Assembly (NCBI GenBank): GCA_030916895.1
Contig: JAUPVR010000003.1
Location: 1-54,442 of the forward strand
Direction of reading: 5' to 3'
Length of the DNA: 54,442 nucleotides
Source: Patescibacteria group bacterium
Lineage (GTDB): Bacteria > Patescibacteriota > Minisyncoccia > Phycocordibacterales > UBA5272
The notes below the pieces were generated by a model, which saw nothing but the letters and a program-made list of their open reading frames with translations, did not search any database and had not been told where the DNA came from. Below, in pieces: positions 48,414-54,442 of the stretch; the stretch's first letter is position 1, and every line of letters starts with the position of its first letter. The position numbers and the translations under genes are program-made.

Positions 48414-49583
48414 TTAAGGTAAAAATTGAGAAAAGAATCTCTTGACGGATCGTATAAATGATGTAAATAAAATGCTAATCACCTCACGTTCATCTTCTTT
48501 TGGTGCAAGGAAAGAAAGGCCGTAGACACGAGCCCATGCGCTGTCACGAAGCGTGTCGCCGGTTACCTTTGAAAGCTCGTTTGTTGTTATGGTGATTGGA
48601 AGTTTTAATTCGCGTCGCAAAACTGATTCCAGCCCAGGTAAGTACATACTGCCACCTGTAACAACAATACCTGCAGGGAGTAATTCTTTGCGGTGTATCT
48701 TATCAAGTTCTTTGTTTATCTTTTCACACAAGTCTTCAAGTCGGGCTTCAATAATTTCATCGAGCTTTCTTCGTGAGGTTACTGCGAGCCTACTACACTT
48801 AATATCTTCTGCATCTTGCAAGCTCACCTTAAGCCCAAGTGCAATATCTTTCGTAATGTCATCTCCACCAATTGGAATGGTTGCAAGGAGGAGGGGGACA
48901 TTGTTTTCGTAAACGAGAATTGACGTTGTGCCAGCTCCAATTGCAAGGAGGACAACACCGGCAGTTTTTTGTTTCTTGGTAAGGAGGGGAATACTCTCAG
49001 CAATAGGCCCGGCGACAATGTCTGTCACTTTAAGACCAGCATTATCGAGGACTTTCTTAAAGGATTCCATCATTGTTGTTGGGTAGGTAACAAACATAGT
49101 CTTTACTTCTAGTTTGTTTCCGTGAGTACCTAAGATTTGTCCTTGCACCTCATTTCCATCGAGTTTAAAACGAAGGGGGATGGTATGAACAATCGTTTTA
49201 TTACGAACATCAGGAATTCCTTTATGTGAATCTTTTATAGCGTTGTCTACATCAAGGTCACTTACTTCGGCGTTACCTTTGGTAACTTGGGTATGACCAC
49301 TTGCTTGGCTTGATGATAGATTTGTTGCTGAGAGCGAAACGAGGGTATGTGCAATACGTCGCCCAGTTTCTTCGGTGAGAGCATTCACCGCGTCTTCAAG
49401 TGCGTTACTCACTTCAATTGGATCGATGATTGTCCCACGCACAACACCTTCAACACGTTTTTTGTAGGTGGTAACAACAGTTGGGGTCCGTTTTCCTTCT
49501 TCTAAGATGCAACCAATAGCACGCAGGTATGCGCTCCCGATGTCGATACCAACAATCATTGGAGTAAGTTTTGACTTAGCCAC
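48414..49583 (-). CDS. ftsA: Cell division protein FtsA
   Basis: IVGIDIGS, IPIGGDDITKDIA and GIVVTGG. Directly upstream of ftsZ. Confidence 0.93.
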   Translation of the reverse strand: MAKSKLTPMIVGIDIGSAYLRAIGCILEEGKRTPTVVTTYKKRVEGVVRGTIIDPIEVSNALEDAVNALTEETGRRIAHTLVSLSATNLSSSQASGHTQVTKGNAEVSDLDVDNAIKDSHKGIPDVRNKTIVHTIPLRFKLDGNEVQGQILGTHGNKLEVKTMFVTYPTTMMESFKKVLDNAGLKVTDIVAGPIAESIPLLTKKQKTAGVVLLAIGAGTTSILVYENNVPLLLATIPIGGDDITKDIALGLKVSLQDAEDIKCSRLAVTSRRKLDEIIEARLEDLCEKINKELDKIHRKELLPAGIVVTGGSMYLPGLESVLRRELKLPITITTNELSKVTGDTLRDSAWARVYGLSFLAPKEDEREVISILFTSFIRSVKRFFSQFLP

Positions 49584-49971
49584 TGTAAAAAGATTCGAGG
49601 TACGTGTCCTCTAACTTCTCCATTGTACTACCATGATCGTATCCTTTCAAATGAAGAACTCCGTGGATGACGAGCAAGTGAAGAAATTTTTCGTACGGCA
49701 TCGAAAATTTTTTCGCATCATGACGCGCCACGGAAAGAGCGATGTAGATTTCTCCATCAGTTTTTGAGAGGGGGAATGAGAGGATATTTGTCGGATAATC
49801 TTTCCCTCGGTACAGCTTGTTTCTTTCTCTCGATTCTTTCGGTGTGCAGAATGTTATGGTGAGCGCGTATCTTTTTCCTAAGATTTTTTCTTTAATGCGC
49901 AAAAAAGGCACGTTGGGTAACGAGCCTTTTTTTCTGAGTACCGTCAAATTCTTCGATTCAAGAATTGACAT
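49576..49971 (-). CDS. ybeY: rRNA maturation endoribonuclease YbeY
   Basis: YRGKDYPTNILSF, GEIYI and IHGVLHLKGYDH. Confidence 0.93.
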   Translation of the reverse strand: MSILESKNLTVLRKKGSLPNVPFLRIKEKILGKRYALTITFCTPKESRERNKLYRGKDYPTNILSFPLSKTDGEIYIALSVARHDAKKFSMPYEKFLHLLVIHGVLHLKGYDHGSTMEKLEDTYLESFYSG

Positions 49972-49978
49972 GAGGGTT

Positions 49979-50224
49979 TTACCTACGCTTCTTTCTCTCG
50001 ATAATTTTGCCGAGTCGCTTTGCAAGATCGTACTTTGCTTTACTTTCTAGTTTGCGGAGCTTTGCACGCTTTACCTTAAGAGGTGAAAGTCCTCGTTCGT
50101 TGTAGCGAATGCTTCTTACGCGTGGGAGAACCCCAGATTCCTGTACACGCTTTTGAAAGCGACGAACAAGCGAAAGTATATTTTCGTTCTGGTGTTTCTT
50201 TACTTCTACGTTTACATTTGACAT
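49979..50224 (-). CDS. rpsU: 30S ribosomal protein S21-like
   Basis: Small basic protein with VEVKKHQNENILSLVRRFQKRVQESGVL. Confidence 0.75.
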   Translation of the reverse strand: MSNVNVEVKKHQNENILSLVRRFQKRVQESGVLPRVRSIRYNERGLSPLKVKRAKLRKLESKAKYDLAKRLGKIIERKKRR

Positions 50225-50289
50225 ATGTAGGGGGAATTTTAACACAATAATAAGCAAATAGCAATATGCAGAAAGCGGTAAGCGTAACG

Positions 50290-50320
50290 AAAAAGGTGGT
50301 GCCTACGGCACCACCTTTTT
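50290..50320. terminator. Intrinsic terminator after hisS
   Basis: 14-bp perfect stem AAAAAGGTGGTGCC-TAC-GGCACCACCTTTTT. Confidence 0.8.
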
Positions 50321-50330
50321 ACCTGTGTTT

Positions 50331-51644
50331 TTATTTTAAGTGTTTAATGTAGTCTGAAAGTGCATCAATTTTTACGGTGTCTTGTGAGCGGGTATTCATG
50401 TTTCGAACAATGACCGTGTTGTCCATCGCTTCCTTTTGTCCAAAGATGACGCAGTATGGCACTTCCATTTTTTCCGCAGACGCAAGCTGTGCAGAGAGTG
50501 AATCTTTTGAAATTGATTGGTGCACTGGAATGCGTGATTTGCGGAGGATTTCCATGATACAAAGACTCTTTAGTTTCGCTTCAAATCCAAGTTGAATGAA
50601 GTACACTTTTGGTGTTTTCATGATGCGCGGAGGAAGTTTTTTGCATTCAGGGAACATCATGATTCGTTCAAGTCCAAGCGCTGTTCCAACAGCGGGGACG
50701 TCTTTTTTATTTCCCATCATCTTTGCAAGGTAGTCATAACGCCCTCCGCCAGTGATGGTGATTTCTTTTTCTTTTCCATTTTCATCAACATCAATTTTAA
50801 TAACTTCAAATACCGTTCTTGAATAGTAATCAAGTCCACGAACGAGAGAATTGTTAACGCGGTACGGGATGCCCATTTCTTCAAGATACTGAAGTACTTC
50901 TTTGAAGTGTGAGCGGGCATCAGAAGAGAGGAAAGAAAGGGAGGACGGGGATCCTTCTTTAAATGGTTGGCATGCTTCTTGTTTACAATCAAGTAATCGA
51001 AGAGGGTTCGTTTTTATACGCTCATGGCAATCTTTGCAGAGATTATTTAAATGTTTTTTGTAGTAAGAAACCAGTTCACGGAAAAAGGTTGGTCTTGTCT
51101 CCTTATCGCCCATGGAATTAATATCAATGATGAGATCCTTAAAACCGTACTCTTCAAGAATGGTCATAAGGGTACGAATGATAAGTGCGTCGGCGACAGA
51201 TTTCGTTGTGCCTAAAATCTCCAAATTAAACTGTCTAAATTGTCGTAATCGTCCCCGTTGTGGGTTCTCATGTCTGAAAACAGGGCCATACGAGTAGAGC
51301 ATGACTGGCTGAGGAAGATTTTGCATGCCGTGTTCAAGGTATGAGCGCATGACAGAAGCGGTAAATTCTGGACGAACGGCAATATGTTCACCACCTTTTG
51401 TTTTAAGGGTATACATTTCCTTGTCGATAACATCAGTTCCTTCGCCGAGCGCACTTATAAATACTTCTTCTCGTTCAAGTGTTGGTGTATCAAGTGGAGA
51501 GAAGCCGTAGTAGATAGCAACCTCTTGCGCTTTCTCAAAAAGACCTTGGTACGCGTAGTACTCTTCACCAAGAAGATCTTTCATTCCTTTGAGTGTGGTT
51601 GGTAATTCTTTCTTTCCGTCTTTTTTTGTATCGTTATCATTCAT
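50331..51644 (-). CDS. hisS: Histidine--tRNA ligase
   Basis: VRPEFTAS, FRHENPQRGRLRQF, LVRGLDYY, GGGRYD and GLERI. Confidence 0.97.
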   Translation of the reverse strand: MNDNDTKKDGKKELPTTLKGMKDLLGEEYYAYQGLFEKAQEVAIYYGFSPLDTPTLEREEVFISALGEGTDVIDKEMYTLKTKGGEHIAVRPEFTASVMRSYLEHGMQNLPQPVMLYSYGPVFRHENPQRGRLRQFRQFNLEILGTTKSVADALIIRTLMTILEEYGFKDLIIDINSMGDKETRPTFFRELVSYYKKHLNNLCKDCHERIKTNPLRLLDCKQEACQPFKEGSPSSLSFLSSDARSHFKEVLQYLEEMGIPYRVNNSLVRGLDYYSRTVFEVIKIDVDENGKEKEITITGGGRYDYLAKMMGNKKDVPAVGTALGLERIMMFPECKKLPPRIMKTPKVYFIQLGFEAKLKSLCIMEILRKSRIPVHQSISKDSLSAQLASAEKMEVPYCVIFGQKEAMDNTVIVRNMNTRSQDTVKIDALSDYIKHLK

Positions 51645-51674
51645 AGGTGGTTCTTGATTTATTGTATAGTGTAA

Positions 51675-52397
51675 TTATTTTGTGTACTCGTGTCGACCCG
51701 GGTTTAGGGAAAGGAGTGAAAGAGGGAGGAGGCGAAGGACTGCTTTGCCTCGAATTGCTGATTCGTGGAGAGCTCCCCAGTCTCGACTATCGTAGCTTTG
51801 TGCGCGGTTATCTCCCATCATAAAGTAGTGGTGTTCGTCTAAGGTTACGTCAACATCTTTGTTTGTTTCTTTGTAACTTACGAATGGTTCATCAAGTTTA
51901 AAACCTTGAGGGTTATCTTTGTTATAAATTGTTGTAAGACCGCTCTTAACAACCACACGTTCACCAGGTAGCCCGATGACCCGCTTGATGAGGTACTTGC
52001 CCAAGAATTTATTGTCACCTTCTTGGAGTTTGAAAATCATGACATCTCCACGAGATGGCTTTCCAACGAGGTACGAGAATTTATCAACAAGGAGGAATTC
52101 TTGATTATGAAATGTTGGGAGCATGGAACCGCCATCGACAATGAATGGCTGGATGATAAATGCTTGGACGAGCTTAACAATAATAATGACAAAGACAATC
52201 CAAAGGAGAAGGGAGGAAGGGCGTTCATCTTCTTCTAAAAATCTGACACGAACGAGGAGGTCTCGCCAGAACGGAAATACCATCGCAAGTACAAGGGAAA
52301 CGATGAGGAGCGAAAGAATCGCAAAGATAATTATCGAGACTGGGTTCTGTACGACATCGGTGAAAGAATCGATAATCGATTGCAGGAAAGAATTAAT
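51675..52397 (-). CDS. lepB: Signal peptidase I
   Basis: VDGGSMLPTF (Ser), YLIKRVIGLPG (Lys) and MGDNRAQSYDSR, with an extra N-terminal TM segment. Confidence 0.93.
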   Translation of the reverse strand: MNSFLQSIIDSFTDVVQNPVSIIIFAILSLLIVSLVLAMVFPFWRDLLVRVRFLEEDERPSSLLLWIVFVIIIVKLVQAFIIQPFIVDGGSMLPTFHNQEFLLVDKFSYLVGKPSRGDVMIFKLQEGDNKFLGKYLIKRVIGLPGERVVVKSGLTTIYNKDNPQGFKLDEPFVSYKETNKDVDVTLDEHHYFMMGDNRAQSYDSRDWGALHESAIRGKAVLRLLPLSLLSLNPGRHEYTK

Positions 52398-52477
52398 CAT
52401 TACACGTGAGTATATAGAGATGTTTGCGTACACGCAACTTTTTTAAGAGATTTTTTATCGTGGTACACTTGGGACAA

Positions 52478-53005
52478 ATGATATACACACTCGTGCCTTT
52501 AGGTAACCCAGGAAAAGCGTATGAAATAACACGACACAACGCTGCGCGTATTGTACTTGAACGTATTAAAGATGAGGTAGAAATGTTTTCATCGTGTGAA
52601 ATTTTTATTCCCGATACGTACATGAATGAAAGTGGCAAAGCGGTTGCAGAGTATTTGCGATATCACGATGACCGTGAACTTATTGTTATGTATGATGATA
52701 AAGATTTACCACTAGGAACAATACGTATTTCACATGACCGAGGGGATGGTGGGCACAATGGTGTTAAAAGTGTAATTGAATCTTTAGGAACACGTGAATT
52801 TGTGCGAGTGCGTCTTGGTATAGCCCCAAAAGACGAAATGGGGAATGTCAAAATACCACAAGGGGAGGATGTACAAAACTTTGTTATGGGAAAATTTTTA
52901 GATAATGAACGTGTACTGCTTGAAGAAACAACACCAGCAGTCACTTCTGCAATTAAAGACATCGTAGCATTGGGGTATCAGAAAGCTATGGAGAAAAATA
53001 ACTAA
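52478..53005 (+). CDS. pth: Peptidyl-tRNA hydrolase
   Basis: LGNPGKAYEITRHNA, TYMNESG, MYDDKDL and GGHNG. Start at 52478. Confidence 0.95.
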   Translation: MIYTLVPLGNPGKAYEITRHNAARIVLERIKDEVEMFSSCEIFIPDTYMNESGKAVAEYLRYHDDRELIVMYDDKDLPLGTIRISHDRGDGGHNGVKSVIESLGTREFVRVRLGIAPKDEMGNVKIPQGEDVQNFVMGKFLDNERVLLEETTPAVTSAIKDIVALGYQKAMEKNN

Positions 53006-53010
53006 TTATC

Positions 53011-53877
53011 ATGCCTCCGTTTCAACAACAACCACAAACACCAGTGAGTAGTTCTCCTTCTCACGAAGAAGATTATGAAAAAGTCGTTGACGATTTAATT
53101 AAGTTTTTACCAAGCGAATTACAAGAACGCTGGAGGAGTAGTTACTACGATGCAGAACATCCAGAACATGTTGTTTCAGAGTTGCGACAATTCATTGAAA
53201 AAAGGAAGAAGGTTGCACTCGATGCTGTTGAACTTTCTCCTGACTTACCTGAAGAGTTAAGAGAAGAAGTGGTAAGAGTTGTTGATAGTATCCGTCAAGG
53301 ATTTGGGAACACGAGTTATTTTTTAGGAAATGGTGCAACAGCTGAAGTTTATATACTTCCGCTTGCCCCACATATATGTACGAAGTACATTACGAGTCAA
53401 GAAAAGTACAATGAAGGCAATCATATACGCAAAGAGTTTGAGATACTTTCTGAGTTACGCCAGATTACCGTTGGAAATGTTCGTGTGCCAAAACCTGTTT
53501 TTGTGCGTGTCCATCCTAGCGAGGGACACTCGTACGGTATGGAAAGAGTAAATGGAGAAAGCCTTTCAGTTATTTTAGAGAAACCTTCAAACCATCAAGA
53601 GCTCATCGCTGTTGCAAAAAGTGTGGACCGGGAAAACGTAATTCAATCAGTTCTTGGTTTTGTGAAAGAGATGCACAAAAAGAAGATTATCCATGGCGAC
53701 CTTTTTCAGAGAAATGTAATGATTGATAGAGAGGGGAATTTTTTTGTTATCGATTTTGGTAAAGCATCACATGAAGAAATAGGGGAAGACAAGGAGGATG
53801 CTATGAGGAGGGATATCTCAACGGTCGAAAATGAATTACGCCTATTTTTTAAGGGTATTGACAATATAAGTATTTAA
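53011..53877 (+). CDS. Protein-kinase-like fold protein (Ser/Thr or RIO/Kdo-like)
   Basis: Gly-rich loop LGNGATAEVY, Lys in ICTKY, catalytic loop HGDLFQRNVMI and IDFG. Confidence 0.85.
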   Translation: MPPFQQQPQTPVSSSPSHEEDYEKVVDDLIKFLPSELQERWRSSYYDAEHPEHVVSELRQFIEKRKKVALDAVELSPDLPEELREEVVRVVDSIRQGFGNTSYFLGNGATAEVYILPLAPHICTKYITSQEKYNEGNHIRKEFEILSELRQITVGNVRVPKPVFVRVHPSEGHSYGMERVNGESLSVILEKPSNHQELIAVAKSVDRENVIQSVLGFVKEMHKKKIIHGDLFQRNVMIDREGNFFVIDFGKASHEEIGEDKEDAMRRDISTVENELRLFFKGIDNISI

Positions 53878-53886
53878 TAGTATAAT
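53858..53886 (+). promoter_or_regulatory. Consensus sigma70 promoter
   Basis: Exact TTGACA (53858-53863), 17-nt spacer and TATAAT (53881-53886). Confidence 0.85.
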
Positions 53887-53933
53887 CAAAGTATAGGCAC
53901 ATTTAACTAATCTTGACCTGAGGTAAAAATACA

Positions 53934-54134
53934 ATGATCTTGGCAAAATACATGATTGACAACGGACGGGAGATGATCGCAAAGCAAGCGGTCATTGCGC
54001 TTCCGGCTCAGATTCCGCAGACGCCGGGATTCTTCATTGCCGAACCTTCGGACAAGACCATTCAAGCCTTCGGTGGTTTTTCCGAGAAAGGCAAGACCTA
54101 CAAGATCGGTACCAAGAAGACCGATACCAAGTGA
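53934..54134 (+). CDS. Small GC-rich hypothetical protein (66 aa)
   Basis: Has its own consensus promoter, SD GAGGT at 53920-53924, C/G-ending codon bias and a downstream terminator. Confidence 0.75.
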   Translation: MILAKYMIDNGREMIAKQAVIALPAQIPQTPGFFIAEPSDKTIQAFGGFSEKGKTYKIGTKKTDTK

Positions 54135-54160
54135 TTCCGAAAGATCAAGATGAACCTTCC

Positions 54161-54192
54161 CCCGCAGTGACCCTGCGGGTTTCCTTTTTTTT
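54161..54192 (+). terminator. Intrinsic terminator of the small ORF
   Basis: CCCGCAG-TGACC-CTGCGGG followed by a T tract. Confidence 0.75.
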
Positions 54193-54194
54193 AA

Positions 54195-54233
54195 ATACGA
54201 GAAAGCGACGCCGTAGGCGTCGCTTTCTCGTAT
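54195..54233. terminator. Long hairpin, probable terminator of the S1-domain gene
   Basis: Perfect 18-bp inverted repeat ATACGAGAAAGCGACGCC-GTA-GGCGTCGCTTTCTCGTAT. Confidence 0.65.
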
Positions 54234-54254
54234 GGTTTTATTTCAAAAACTTTT

Positions 54255-54440
54255 TTACTTAACGTAGCTAAGTGTCATCCTTTCTTCATTTGGGTCAAAG
54301 AGGGTAATAGTAAACTTGTAGCTCTTTCCAAGGGAAAGGGCACTACGAAGTTTTTCCTCATCGCCAAAATCAGAAACATGAACAAGACCCGCAACACCTT
54401 CCTCGATTGAGACAAGTGCGCCATGCTTGTTGAATTTGAT
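54255..54440 (-). CDS. rpsA: C-terminal S1 RNA-binding domain, probably ribosomal protein S1; 5' part is outside the window and it is absent from the ORF track
   Basis: My translation of the reverse strand gives IKFNKHGALVSIEEGVAGLVHVSDFG...ITLFDPNEERMTLSYVK*, an S1-domain pattern. Confidence 0.75.
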   Translation of the reverse strand: MKFNKHGALVSIEEGVAGLVHVSDFGDEEKLRSALSLGKSYKFTITLFDPNEERMTLSYVK

Positions 54441-54442
54441 AA

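Noticed and set aside
1-54442. CRISPR array, diversity-generating retroelement, transposase, integrase or prophage
   Set aside because: I saw no regularly spaced repeats, reverse transcriptase, adenine-variable repeat pair or recognisable mobile-element or phage genes.
1-54442. Alternative genetic code (TGA read as Gly or Trp)
   Set aside because: Conserved genes translate full length in code 11, and TGA ends genes at sensible positions (for example 2710-2712 and 7643-7645).

Overview
A 54.4 kb gene-dense bacterial chromosome segment, AT-rich overall and read in the standard genetic code. Gene content and style suggest a Patescibacteria/CPR genome, probably Parcubacteria-like; this is an inference from the VirD4/TraD-like ATPase, compact type IV pilus locus, stand-alone receiver domains, short S21 and near-leaderless promoters. 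Layout from left to right: (1) a partial VirD4/TraD-like ATPase and a lamin-tail/PKD surface protein. (2) A ~20 kb mosaic glycosylation island (2.7-23.1 kb) with GDP-fucose genes (gmd, fcl, GT11), a complete GDP-heptose set (gmhA, hddA, gmhB, hddC), Wzx, GTs, methyltransferases, a GC-rich GDP-mannose-3,5-epimerase-like gene and an O-antigen-ligase/TPR protein. (3) A structured intergenic RNA candidate, tsaD, a serine protease, rlmH and a matrixin. (4) Divergent tRNA-Val(GAC) and tRNA-Glu(TTC), with a multi-hairpin element built on the tRNA-Glu 3' end, then a SEC-C/Zn-ribbon/PIN-like orphan. (5) Two-component genes around a type IV pilus operon. (6) An XRE-HTH-MurA fusion whose promoter carries a perfect 18-bp palindrome, then NRAMP, TfoX, an ABC exporter and a thioredoxin reductase-like gene. 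(7) ftsZ, ftsA, ybeY, rpsU, hisS, lepB, pth, a kinase, a small GC-rich ORF with its own promoter and terminator, and the 3' end of an S1-domain gene. The best leads are the HTH-MurA/operator pair, the tRNA-3'-end element, the 23.15-23.42 kb RNA and the two GC-rich single-gene cassettes. No database searches or folding programs were run; family calls rest on recognisable motifs.
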